Shown: in pieces, positions 1 to 12,964 of the stretch
Position numbering within the stretch: position 1 is the first letter of the stretch
Layout of the letters: each line of letters starts with the position of its first letter
From: Ruditapes philippinarum
Taxonomy: Eukaryota
Assembly (NCBI RefSeq): GCF_026571515.1
Contig: NW_026859087.1
Location: 62,001 to 126,000, forward strand
Direction: 5' to 3'
DNA length: 64,000 nucleotides
Made by a program: the position numbers and the translations under genes
The notes under the pieces: generated by a model
Seen by the model: the letters and a program-made list of their open reading frames with translations, nothing else
Database searches by the model: none
What the model was told of the DNA's origin: nothing

Positions 1-329
1 TATGTAAGAACTGCAAAAACAGGCAGAGCAAGTGGACAACTTTAAAGTCAGAGCAAGATAACAACATTTTCCAAGGCCCTTTTAAAACTATCTCATGGAC
101 CATTATAGAGTTTCACCAATTTGAATAGCATTAAGAATATTCTGTCAAGAAAATACTAATCGTAGATTTATCATCAATTCATAATGATTAAAGTCATTCG
201 AGTATAAATGAACTAATAGAAAACGATCAGTGCCGTCTTTCATATGTTAAAATTGACGATGCAGTATTATCTATACTGACAAGAACCGGTTGAATCGGGT
301 GATGATCCCCGAATAGGTTTTGTACACAG

Positions 330-850
330 AAAAGTATACCTCTTGTAGTTTCAGAGTTATATCCCGGACAAAGTTCAAAGTGCAATAGTTTCAAACTTAG
401 GCAAGACAGATTTACTGTTCTTTGCACTGTTCATACACCAAATGATCTATCCACCTACAAAGTTTCTTATTTATATCTCTTATAGTGTCCGAGTTATGTC
501 CCGGGCAATTGTCAAAATGCAAATATGAACACTGGGAAATAACTTCACAATTAAGCAAGGCAGTGTTAGGTTTTTTCACTGCACTTCTAACAATTGAGAT
601 CTATCTTCCTACAACGTTTCATGTTGACATATAGTATCAGAGCTATGTCTCGGATAAAGTTCAAAGAGTAAAAATAAACAAAGGGCAATAACTCAAAAAT
701 TAAGCAAGGCAAGGGTATGGTTATTTTGCATTGCTCTTGTACCAAATAAGATCTATCCAGACAAGAAAAGCGAAGCAATGACGGGCCACCAGACGGACGG
801 ACAGACGGACACAGTGGCAAATTAAGGCTATCCCTTGGGGAGCAAAAAAA
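330..850 (-). mobile_element. Pearl/HINE-like non-autonomous element with internal ~140-150 bp tandem units and GACG microsatellite
   Basis: Unit start GAG(T/C)TAT..C.CGG recurs at ~354, ~491 and ~640. GACGGACGGACAGACGGAC at ~791-810 and a short hairpin TCCCTTGGGGA at ~831-841. Same layout, reversed, as the elements at 25.5 and 35.6 kb. Confidence 0.65.
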
Positions 851-879
851 ACGTGTATACACAGTTAGTGTTTATAAGT

Positions 880-1435
880 CGTTTCTCGCCAAAAAAATGA
901 CAAACTATCAATTGCTATTTGTTGGATTGCAACAATAATATCATTTTTGAATACCGTTGGACATACAACATGTCTTGAGTATTTAGGCTTCATTTTTGAT
1001 TCTTCAAAAGTTGAAGCAAGACCGCCAAAGGAAAAAATAGAGAGAATCATTGAGTATATTAGTACACTACTTAACAAAGAAATCATGTACAAAAATAAAT
1101 CTTTTCATGCTCTTTTGTCATTTTCAATTTGCATCAATGGTTAAAATTGCTGGTCGAAGTTTTGTGTCGTATATGACAAATCTTTCCGCACCAGTAAAAT
1201 AATTGTGTCATCTGAAAAAAAAGTGGGACTCTGCATTGAGCAAACACACATGCACACTACTGGCATGGACAGTTGTAAATCATTTCCTTCAAAACAGTCA
1301 GTGACATATAAGTGTGATAGCTTGCCTCCAATGACAAACGATTAGTAATGCATTTTATATCATATTGTCACTATTTTCTAAACTTAAAGTATAAAACCAT
1401 TAGGTTGTATTTGTGTGGCATACGCTTCAAATATA
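880..1435 (+). mobile_element. Degenerate DIRS/Ngaro-type tyrosine-recombinase retrotransposon fragment (RT C-terminus plus YR N-terminus)
   Basis: TVGHTTCLEYLGFIFDSSKVEARPPKEKIERI (947-1050), then AGRSFVSYMTNLS (~1149-1190), typical of DIRS-group RT. LVMHFISYCHYFLNLKYKTIRLYLCGIRFKY (~1342-1434) resembles the integrase N-terminal SAM-like domain. Confidence 0.75.
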
Positions 1436-4074
1436 AAAAATGATAAAGATTCACCCTTATAAGTCTTTCACTTGTTCCGTGGTTTTAATTTGATCGAATA
1501 TAAGATTAAGTATTTGTATATTACATCTAAAAATATCATACAATCTTTACAGGATGCGGATTAAATAACATTTGTCTTTGTGAAATATTTCTTTTTTTGT
1601 CATTGAACAATGCATAGATTAAAATAAATCTTATGAAACTCGAACCTATTTTCAAAAATGAGGAGTAGACTTTGATCTTTACACCGGGAACACAAATTCC
1701 TTATTTCATCGAAATCTATGAAATTGTATCTTTTTAAGTAACAACTGATAATGTAATGTAGCTAGGACTAGTTTTCAGTATTTTTTGATGGATTATAATC
1801 ATCATAAATCGTGAACCATCACGTGACTCAGCCGAGGCATCTTTTTTCGTAAATTTGGTCCGACTCCAGACCAATTTATTTGAAAGACCCCGAATAACCA
1901 GTAACAAATTACCATATTCCTTGTTAATTGTGTTAATATGTTACATGGATGCATATAATATTTTACTAGATGCAAATATTTGATAGAACAAATTAGTACG
2001 AGTAACAACCTTACATTTTAAAGATATTTTATAGTAGCGCCTCCTAATTTATATGTCTTTCTACTGATATTATATGAATACAATAAAGCATTATTCTCAT
2101 GAGTTGCCTTAGCTGAATAACAGAATAAGTAATACATATTTATCTCTTTAAACATAGAACAGTGAATCGTAGCAAAAACCCTTATGCTTAGCAATATTTT
2201 GCTTATTTATTTAAAAAAAAACAATTTGTTTTCTCAAATTAATCTTATCTGTATAATATAAAACGCTTTAAATGACATCTTCCGTGCAAAATTTCACTTT
2301 AAAATACATATGTGGAAAAAAAATATAAGCCAACATTGATATTTTAGGATATTAACGGATTTTGCGGCCATATTCGACGCCATCTTTGTTTTCTAAGCTT
2401 CGCATCGGACTTGAGCTGAAACTTGCTGTTGGCTGACACAGACAACTTCCAATGAATTTGCAACACTAATAATTTCGTTTTCCTCGAAGAAAACTATGAG
2501 ACTTAAACGTTTTGGAAATACTAACATCAATGCACCAATCTCAATTGGTCAATTTGGCCTTTGTTGATTTTTTCATATGCATCTTAACATGCAATTGTGG
2601 TTAAATATGCAGTAAATCATGGACAAACATTATCATTTCATAAGTGTTTACATTGTATATCTTGATATAAAAGTATATGATGTGAGAAGTACCATTCGAA
2701 AAGCAATCGTATTGGCATTTTTCTGCAAATATTTCATTTTTATATCATTAAATGCAATGATCTTCCTAACATGTGCTGAACATTTAAGCACTTAATCAAT
2801 AATAGCATTTGAGGTTATAGATATTTTCACACGTTAACTTAGGCCGTAGTAACTTTTTTAATAAAGATCGCAACAAAATTAATGAAATTAATTTGGGACA
2901 ACCAATCCCATTTCCAGTTGATGTAGTTGGTGGCATACATCTTTGGAATTTTACACAAAATAGTGTGCTCCAAGCTTTTGGGTATTTATGCCGATTTAAC
3001 GTTAAGACATTCCTTGAAAAACATAAAAGGATCACTAAAAAATCCACAAAAGTGTTTAATTTATTTATACACATTTATAAAACTTTTTAGTTTGCTATCA
3101 TCGAAGTCTAAATAACTTTCCGCAAAGTCTTAAACTGCAGAGGCAACCATCATGCAACTAAAATAATTATCAGTACCGTCAGGCAGGCAAACCATTTACC
3201 GAGAACGGTGTTCGAACCTGGTATCTCCAACCTCTAGGCACAGGCGTTCGGCACATTTGCCTTGTCAAAAATGATCAAATTATCATAAAATAATGACCCC
3301 TTGGTCATCAAGAACAAAATTACTATCCACCACCCGTTTACTATATACAATTTATAAAAAGTATATATCTCGACGTAGCGTGTTTACCCGACACAGTCAA
3401 CATTTTACTGTCACAATTTTTAATATCAGACATATTTTCATACTTACACTTGCAAACATAGCACAATAGACATATCTTTGAGTAACCTTTAAAATATTGA
3501 GTCATCTATGTTTCTTTACGATAAATGGATTATCAAACGTGAAAAAATACCTTAAACTTACTTGTTCGACATGTTTTGTGCCAACACATTTTCAAAATTA
3601 CCACAGGTAAACATACATTTAGCTGCTTGTCATTCGTAAGAAAGTATTCCAAGCAGGCTAAAAAATTGAATTTCAACTGAAATATGCCGTCTCTCAATTA
3701 TGCAATTAAAAGCAATTTTATCACATTCTTGTATGTGTACATATTGCCACCATTACGGCATTCGCATTGAGTTAGCATATGAAAACTTTCCATTTCATTT
3801 GACAGCAGCCTGGCGGACGGTTTGAAGAAACAAATGCGGTTTGAAATAAAGTTTACAAACGTGTTTATGTAACATATGTGATATGTGACAATCGTTATAT
3901 AATAAATAGAATTTGATGCTTCAACCTATTTGGAATACTTTGCATCTTGATTCATGTAACATATTAACAGGATCACTATCAGAAACATGTGATGAACTAT
4001 CAATTTAATAAAGTAAGCTCATATTAATAGAACAAGAATGTTAATTTTTTACACTTTTATCATCCTAAAGGATA

Positions 4075-4435
4075 GAGTCTGAAGTAGTTTAAAGATCTGA
4101 ACACTTGTAATGAGAACCTTGACTAGAACGTTGAATAACATTATAATAAAACTCGTGGTAGTTAAAAGTTCTGAACACTTGGAGGAAGAAAACTGACAAG
4201 AACGATCAGTAACATTATAATCAACCTTGTGGTTTGTTTCTGAATGAGTTGAATGTTTGAAACAAAAAACTGACTAGAACGTTGACTTGCGTTATAATCA
4301 AATTGTTGTTTGTTTTTGAAGTAGTTTAAAGTTCTGAAAACTTGGAATGAGAACACTGACTAGAACGTTGAATAACATTTCAATCAACCTTGTGGTTTGT
4401 GTTTGAAGTAGCCAAAAGTTCTGAACACTCGAAAT
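4075..4435. repeat. Degenerate tandem repeat (about 4-5 units of ~60-90 bp)
   Basis: TGACTAGAACGTTGAATAACATT and GAAGTAGTTTAAAG.TCTGAACACT recur. Confidence 0.8.
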
Positions 4436-4935
4436 GAGTGCTCTTATTGGATTCCTGCTCATTGTACTGCACAGTGAATAGCCTTTCAAATTCTCGCGTA
4501 TAAGCGCGTTAGGCTCGACGCAAGTGGCATTGTGTTTGACTATTCCTTTAATTATTGTGGAATCATATGGTGAAATAATTGTTTACTTTGTGATAAAAGT
4601 TACAAACTTGTCACGTTGTTGATGAACTAAGTTTGTTTAACTTTTGCTAAGAACCCATCTTCAATTTTCAAAATGCACGCCATTTTCAAGATAGCCGCCA
4701 AGAGTGCTTCCATAAGATGAAATAATTACTGGCTATATGAATAATGTTCAATAAATCCATAAAGGGTTATCAAATTTATTAATTTCATGTTGCACACATA
4801 TAAATACGTGTTTACCTCTCATATGATTTAAATTCAAGAGCTGCATTTATTTGAAAATGGCTTCCAAAATGGCCGCCAAATGCACAAAAAGTGTTTTTTG
4901 TGTTTCAGGTATAATTGATGTGTTTATTACTTCTA

Positions 4936-5942
4936 CAGTAGAATCCCTACTAAAGACCACCTCGGAATTAAGACCACCTCGCTTTTAAGACCAGTGTTTA
5001 AAAGAACGGAATTTTCTGTTCTTTATGTCAATGGTTACATGATCCAGAATTAAGACCACCTCACTTATCCACTTTTAAGACTACCAAATTCAGTACCAAT
5101 TCATTATTTTGTTCTTTATTTGACCTCACTATTGAGACCACTGATATTAAAATCAACACCTCCCTAGATCGATCTTTTTAGGGCACACGCTTTTTATTAC
5201 TTGGGGACCATACGCCGTTTTTCATGGAATGGCACTACTGTGTCACATTGAAGGTTCCATGATAACCGCCGTATGAACAGATCTGCGGATGTTTCTAAAT
5301 TCAAAATTTTACTATTTCACGTTTAAATGTTGAATTCTGCTTAAGTCGGTGCTAGGGGGCGTGGACGGTAACGTGCATTTTCCACTACCGTCCATGAACA
5401 GGCTCAATCAAACCGAGCCTGCAACATTTTCAATTTTGCCGTGTTGGGCTTTCTTTGGGGATTCTGTATTTATCTATGTTAGATGTGTTGTTATGTTATT
5501 ATTATCTGCTTGATTGCTCTTAGGCATGACCCTTGATTACACAATGTGTCAAAAACTGTTATTTATGGGATATTTCATGAAAAGGTGAGAAAGTTAATTT
5601 CAGAGTGGTTTAATGTTACTTTATGCACATTTATTTTGTGAAGAAATAATGTCTTACATGATATGTGAATAATGTACATCATACATAATTAATATTGAAA
5701 TCAGAGCAAAGAAAATTTGATATTAAAAAATTTCTTCAGAAATAAGATGTAACATTATAACATACTTTCATATTGTATTTGCAGGTTAATATACATATTG
5801 TTTGTTCATACAAAATGAGTAAAATAGGCCCTGGTCATAACGTGTGTAAGCAATGATAACAATATTCACAATTAAGATCACCCTTCATTTAAGACCACTT
5901 CGGTCCAGTCCCGATGGAGGTCTTAATTGAGGGTTTTTACTG
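4936..5942. mobile_element. pogo/Tigger-like non-autonomous DNA transposon (MITE)
   Basis: TA|CAGTAGAATCCCT...AGGGTTTTTACTG|TA. Imperfect TIR of ~26 bp, TA target duplication, and repeated subterminal TTAAGACCAC motifs. Confidence 0.85.
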
Positions 5943-6039
5943 TATTTTGATTGTGTATCACTTGATAGGTTTAACTAACAAAGATATACCAATATTACTA
6001 ACTTTTTACTAAACCAAAAATTACACCGACCCTGAACCT

Positions 6040-6960
6040 CGCCTGTAAGTTTACCCTCGGTCATAGTCTCCACCACACAGACAAAGAGCATTTGCACCTC
6101 TCACGACAACCAATCTCGAGACTACAGCTACACTTCAGTAACTCCTGGCAAGACTCGGATGCCTGTTTTAGTGTTGTCCAGAATGGCTCCCGAGTATTAT
6201 CCTGACCTTAGTTATTTGGACAAGGTAGTTCTTGGGAGGGCAAAAACCCTTTTCCTCAGAAGCACTCAGCTTGGTATACTGTTGGTCTAGTGTGTTTTAA
6301 AAGGGCAGCATGTGTCGGTGGAATTCCATCAATAGATCTCCTTTTTCGTGAGAAGAGGTTTTTTCGCGCTTTGTTGACTCTTTAAGCAGCATTTGATCGC
6401 TCGTAAAAGTAATACAAATCGCTCCAACGTTGGAATAACAGTGGCAATAGACTCATCTGATGGAGTTTGACTAAGAACGTTAAATGCTTCGACAGCTACA
6501 CTAAATGCTTTTAAGGTCCTCTATGCTGTCTTTTAACCTTTGTCAGGGAATGATGAAGTTTGGTTACATCCAGTAAACGCATGGAATGCCAATAAACCAC
6601 TTACAATATCCTTACCAGAGATACAGAGTGTATGTACAGGTACATATCTAAATAATTGTGTTCCAGTGCCAAATGCTATCCATAGCTCTTGTACATTCAT
6701 ATGTTGAAAGGCTGTTAATTGTAGCTATGACAACAACATCAGTATCAACAGTGCGTACAAGGATTTTTATATTGTTCAGCCTTGCAGCATGAGCAACATA
6801 AAGTAAAGGCCTTCTACCTGCTTCTGCATGTGTACATGGAGATATTCTACTACTTTCTACTATTGGTTTATTGTTCAGAACATCTGATCCTTTTGTGGTT
6901 ATGATCTGCTTATTGTCATCACATGTTCATGTTATCACCAGATCTGCTGTTGATATCGTT
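6040..6960 (-). mobile_element. Decayed AcademX-like transposase C-terminus (XPG/FEN1-like nuclease plus Cys-rich finger)
   Basis: Minus-strand translation gives PCTHAEAGRRPLLYVAHAA (cf. HEEADTR), ILVRTVDTDVV, WIAFGTG, LLAFHAFTGCNQTSSFPDKG, IPPTHAALLKHTRPTVYQ and WTTLKQASESCQELLKCSC...CRERCKC, with stops and frameshifts. Confidence 0.75.
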
Positions 6961-7349
6961 TCCACCATAAAACCAAAACAAATATAAAAACAAAACTTGA
7001 ATTTCCGGCTGATATCCCAATACACACTATAATGTAAAACTTTAGTTTAAGTTCATTAAAAGGCACATTATGTCCCAGAAATGCCTTTTATTTCAGTTTC
7101 TCAAAAGCATATTATTTTTCTTGAAGTGGTGATATAGTTTCCAAAACGTTACTCACAGTCCAATTACCTCAACCATCTTTTTCTTCGTTGCATCTTGACA
7201 GTTTAAAGACATACACAGGCAAAATACTGCTTAATAAAGTATTGCTTCTTTGATGACATATATTCTCTTACTCAGTTCTACTATGTGCATGCTCTAAAGC
7301 ATTATTTAAACTTTACGAAACTCAAGAGCAAGGAATTGTGACCTTTGAC

Positions 7350-7770
7350 CTCAATAACTACAAAAAATAGAAAACAAGAGGGTCCAGAGGACACTAAATT
7401 GCTCATCTGATAAATCTATTTTATGCCCTGTGACCTTGTTTTGACGTCAACCGAAATAATTTGCATTATGACCATCAAATCCCACCAAAAGATCATGTGT
7501 GTCAAGCTTGGCTATTTTTCTTTCATTTGTTGATAAGAAAGCACGACACAAGCTGTACATTGTAAACTTTACTCAGTCAAGGACAAAAGCTCTACAAATA
7601 CTGAACAAATTCACATGCGAAACCATACGTACACAACTACACATGCTGATAAACCTTTCTGTAAAGATTCTTGACTATAGGTCAAATACTTGTAGATTTA
7701 GATGTTATGACACAATATGAGAACGGACGGACGCATGACCGGACGGACAAGGGCTTATCTATTTTCTTCC
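7350..7770 (-). mobile_element. Short HINE/pearl-like remnant related to the 161-bp unit element at 25.5-26.8 kb
   Basis: ACAACTACACATGCTGAT...GACTATAGGTCAAATACTT is the reverse complement of the 25.8 kb unit, followed by GGACGGACG repeats. Confidence 0.6.
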
Positions 7771-7807
7771 TTCTAAAATTAAAACGATAAAAGATAAATT
7801 CACTTAC

Positions 7808-7838
7808 TTGTAACTTCCTCTGATCGGCTTGGCGATCC
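7808..7838 (-). CDS. Probable 31-bp micro-exon (GSPSRSEEVT) of the CXorf38/HEPN-like gene
   Basis: Strong acceptor ttcttttcacag and donor gtaagtg on the minus strand. Open in phase 0, matching the phase-0 end of the exon at 13321. Confidence 0.5.
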
Positions 7839-9034
7839 CTGTGAAAAGAATGAAAGATAAAATTATGATATTTATGATAATGGTTGATAAACTGTTTAAG
7901 CGCTATATATTACAAAATGTAAAGCAATTATTATATTGTCATTGAAAATTATAATAAATTATTGATATCGATTCTGATAGGACTGACCTAAAAACAAGGC
8001 CATAAATCCACTTTATTGTATCTATTATATGATTATTATGATGATTTGTCCGGTTAAATTCTTGTCAGTAACACATTTTTCAAAACAATTCCCCATTCAC
8101 TTAGTTATGGACGGAAATTGTTAAGATAGTGTAGGCAGTAATACTACTTGAGAAGGTCATGATCTTTTGTAAATTGCCATGTCATTGCTATTTGATAAAA
8201 ATATTTAGCTTAGAACAAAAAATGAATCAAGTATGCACACATGCAAGGATTTGACCTTGACCCCAGTCCCCCAATTCAACCTAAACTTGAGGAATAACTG
8301 TTTGGAATTTATTGTTAAATTTACAACAGTAACGTGGACATTGATACAAGTGATCCAAAATTGCACTGTCTTAAAGCTAGGGGACCAATACCAATTATGA
8401 GAGATATCATAAATTAATAAATTTACTAGGAGAAATTTAAGATAAAAACAACTTGCCGGAATAGGTTAACCATACCAGGTCCTATATTTTGTAAAAGGGG
8501 AATAACATGTAATAAATGGATAGCACTGTTATATAACTTGCCTATAGCATGAACTGTGATTGATATTTAAACTTCGAAACAATGACAGCAATAATTATAT
8601 AACTTGGCACGATCAAACACTTTGTACTGAAAAGTGTGAAAAGAATGAAACCATTGGCATTGGTACTGCTAGAACGTAATAATATATTCCACTTGCAGGA
8701 TTATGTTAACTGATGAACAGTTCAACTATTACATACCTGAGAAAACAAAACTAATCGAGTTTTGTCCAAACATTAAGCAAGAAAATAGCATGAGCAATAA
8801 CTAAGAATATGAAACAAATATGAAAAAGTGAGCTTCATATGAATGTTCAAACTGATATTCCCAGACATGCTCCTAACAAGTATTCATCATAAAAAGGGGA
8901 AAAACTAAATAATATTAAACGTTATAACACTCGAATAAGGCACATTTCATAAAACTTTGAAATAAATATCTTAAAAACTTCTCTGGACAAAAAATAAGCA
9001 TGGTTTAGGGAAATAAGTAGAAGAAAGAGCATCG

Positions 9035-9320
9035 AAACACGAGGCTATACGATTTGTACGAGGGGGCGTAGCCCCCGAGTATAAATCAGATTGCCGAGTG
9101 TTTTGATGTTCTTTCTCTTTTGTATCATAGTCAAATCATAAAAACACGTTCCCTGATACCACAATATCAAACCCCACAAAAAAGTAACCAATGAACGAGC
9201 ATCTGAATATGATATTTCTATCGCTTTCCCTTTCTCTGTCGTCACAATATGTAAACCCCGGACAAAATGAATCAATCGATGGGCATGCTCTAGAGTGCGG
9301 GTAATTAATACCTGCACTCC
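9035..9320. repeat. Small foldback element (hairpins)
   Basis: Hairpin AAACAC...GGGGGCGTAGCCCCC...GTGTTT at 9035-9103 and palindrome GAGTGCGGGTAATTAATACCTGCACTC at ~9293-9319. Confidence 0.55.
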
Positions 9321-10189
9321 AGTTAACGCACTGTGCATGTATATGTATACGATTTAAGTCTGTCACATTTTTTTAAACAGAAAGGTCCCCAAACTATGAT
9401 ACAAGTAAATAATAGTTCGGAGAGTTATCATTCTTGTGCATAGCACACCGTCTAATTAAGATGTATATATCTATAAAATTTCAAACTGATTTGTCTCGTA
9501 ATTGTCGAGTTAAAGTCCAGAAAAAATAAAGAATAAAAATTATCAAAGGTAATTGCTCAAAATTATGATGGGTACAGTTTTCATATCTGTGCATTGCGCT
9601 CTTTCTTTAACATGTCTATATAGCTTGAAAGATTCAACACGTTTCAAAATACGCTCTGGACAAAATAAAGCATTAAAAGAAACATAATAAGCATTGCAGA
9701 AAAAATAAAAAATAGTAAGGTACAGATACTATTCTTGCAAACGGCACTCCTCCTTATTAAGATCTATGAAGTTTCAAGTTCATATCTCGAATTTGACTGA
9801 TGTAAAGTAAATAAATTATACGTTTAAGTTATAGGAGTATTCCTTTTATATTTTAAATAGGATTTGTTTGTCCAAATTCGAAGTAGATGATAACAACACA
9901 AAGGTTATTTGGATGTTGGGATAACATTAAAGTTCACCAGAGTACATTGTACAAAAAAGGGTAATTTTTGTAATGAAAATGTATGTTTTTTGTCGCCAGC
10001 CGGTTTTCATACTCAACCATTATATTGATTTTGACATAAACATACAATGTTATCCTTAGATGACCCACTTACATAAAATGTATTTTTTCCAGTTTTATAC
10101 ATAAGAAGGTTGCAAAATCTAAAACTAGTCTTTATAAATGAAATCTTTTAAATAGTGTTCTAAAATGAAATTACAATGGCCCAAAAGCT

Positions 10190-10750
10190 TTGGACTCAGC
10201 AAAATAATAAACACTTTACATGGGCTGAAAATGGTCATATTTCAATTTCTTATTGGTATTTCCGAATGTATCTGGTAACAATTTATTCCTTTGAGATTTT
10301 GCTTCGATTTACTCACACTGACCTAACCAAAAGAAACAATGTATACACATTATAACAAATTCTGACCTAGGGTTCCAAAAAATCTAGGAATGAAAGGCGA
10401 TAGTAAACGAGACATTAGATATTCTGATTCGTTGAATTAAATCCAATATTGGTTATCAGAAGAACTCAGTCACGTGTGTGGCCGCCCACGTAACTGGCAG
10501 TACATGTTCGAATTATCCGCCTCATCGAGTGAACGTAACTCCTGATTAAGGCGTTAGACAGGGTCTGCCATTCTACATGCAGTACCGGAACGAGGTCGTT
10601 AACGTTATATATCTGGTAACGTGTCCTCACTCTTTGCCCAAAATCATCCAAGTCATGTAAAATCACATCAATATCCGGGGGGACAGCGACCAGGGCAAGA
10701 CGTTAATGTGGTCGCGAGCTAGAAAATTGGTTGTTTAATAGGCAGTGTAT
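10190..10750 (-). mobile_element. Tc1-like transposon 3' fragment
   Basis: INVLPWSLSPPDI...DDFGQRVR...EWQTL...SMRR...GGHTR, the Tc1 C-terminal signature. TIR-like ACTCAGCAAAA near 10194. Confidence 0.75.
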
Positions 10751-11248
10751 GGTTTTGCATTGTATTGAGGCCCTCTACAGAGGTTATATTAAGTATGCCA
10801 ATTCAGTCAATCTTTGCCCCGCCCCTAGGATCACTTAATTTATAAGGACAAACATAGGAAAATTAATGTAGGTCTTTTTGTAAAACTACAATGCTTGGAG
10901 CTTGAATATTTGACATGCAACAATGGCTAGTGAACCTCTACAGAATTGTTATAATTCATGTCATTTTGATAAAAAAATCCCAGTCTTTTTGACTATTCAG
11001 TACACATAGACTTATAAATTAAAAAGATAAGTCTTAAAAACTTCTTTTTGGAAAATGGAAAGCCAACAGTTATATAGAATCTGGAAACAAAAATGATCCC
11101 TCGGAAGCATTAATCACAACAGAATTGCATACACATTGCAGACTTGGTTCAAGTCAAAACTGATCAGTTCCTTTGTATACTTAGTGTCTTTATACTTATA
11201 AACGTAAACAAATTGTAGTATTCATTTAAGAAACTGCATAGCCAAAAT

Positions 11249-12243
11249 CAGAGCTGCATCAGTACTAAGGGTGTAGTACTTAAGTACCAGTACCAGTACT
11301 TGGCAAATTATGCAGTACCATTACCAGTACCAGTACTAGATTTTAGCTTGGTACTGCAGTACCAGTACTTTTTTTGGTGAAGTAATTAAGTATCAGTACC
11401 ATTACTTTTATATATTCATCAAAGTATGAATAAATACAGTGTCAAACAAATAATTGCAAATATTAATCAGCAAAGAAATAAAATCATAATGTACTTTAAA
11501 GTGTACTTTAAAGTTAACATAACATATTTACAACTTTATAGTTTAAACATACGTTTAACAAAAAATATTTACAACATATATTCATGTCATATCTAATTGT
11601 TTAGTAACCAGTCAACTGTATAAATACAATGCAAACGTCTTTCATTTAAAACACAACAGTCTTTTGTTGCCTTTCACACCTTCACATCTCTGTTCAATAT
11701 ATACCAAGGTAAATAACAACTTTTTATGGTGCTAACAATATCACTTTTTTCACTTGAAATGGGATTATTTAGAATAGAAGAAATTAATTAGTGTTTATTT
11801 TGCTCTTTTACTAGTAAATACAAAGTAATAAAAGATTTTAATAAGGATATTTTAGGGTAAAGAGTTATTGAGTCTGTTTATCTTAGTTTAATTTTTACTT
11901 AAAGTCTTTGGTGCTTTTTATGATGAAATCTATGTTAACATTTGAAGGAATATTGCAGCAAATTATCTTTAGATTTGATAACTTACTTTTTCACAAAAAT
12001 AAAATATAGTTAATGTAATTTACAGCTTTATTTTATGAGAAAAATTGATGCTATTTTTAATTTTTATCAAAACCAAAAGTACTGAGTAATGCAGTAGCAG
12101 TACCACTTTTTAAGACAGTAATGCAGTACCAGTACCAGTAGTAGAAAAATTTTGTTAGAGTAATTCAGTATCAGTACCAGTACTTGCAAAATCGCTGCAG
12201 TACGTACTGCAGTACCAGTCCCAGTACCAGTAATGCAGCTCTG
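11249..12243. mobile_element. hAT-like non-autonomous element
   Basis: TIR CAGAGCTGCAT/ATGCAGCTCTG, exact 8-bp TSD GCCAAAAT (11241-11248 and 12244-12251), and many subterminal CAGTAC repeats. Confidence 0.92.
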
Positions 12244-12964
12244 GCCAAAATCCTTGATATTTTGAATGTAGCATTGCATAGTGGACCTATATAACAGAAG
12301 TATACATTTTGGTTAAAAATGGCCCCGCCCTGGGGGTCACTTATTTTACATAGAGTTGTATATTTTAAAGCTATTTTCGGTTGCTTAATTATATTCCAAA
12401 CATACTTGAGGGCGCTTTTATATAGGAATCATTCTGTTGAGTTATATTCCATCTCCGGAACTAGAAGAGATGTTAACTTGAAACTTGGATGATCACACTT
12501 TTTCTTTTTTAAACAAAATATTAGTAAGAAGAAGATTACAAAGCAATTAAAACTGATAAAACATTGCCGAGTTAGCAAAGAGAAAGGGATAAAAAAAATA
12601 TTTATTCAAAAATGTAAATATTAGGCATGATCACTGATCCTATTCTTTTCCAGTACAAATGAGAAAAATGATCTGGGTAACGGCGTCGTTGTCTTGTTTG
12701 TTTATAACACCCACAATATATTTTAAGCACGTTATAGCCCACATATTGATATAATACCAATGTCATCATCGATGCATTTAGACTTAAACTTTCAGAGAAT
12801 TTTGAATAATAATAAAGATATCGTTACAGAACTAAACCCCTATAAAAATACTCACATGAATATATTTAATGAAGTATCGATATAGATGAATTTATCACAG
12901 AAATTGAAACAGAAGTCTCACTTATAGGTGATAGGTCTTACATCACATTTATTCACAATTACAA

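Noticed and set aside
3562-3572. Minus-strand AAAACATG TCG AAC AA|gtaagt as the first exon of another gene
   Set aside because: Only 11 coding bases, and no downstream exon could be linked.
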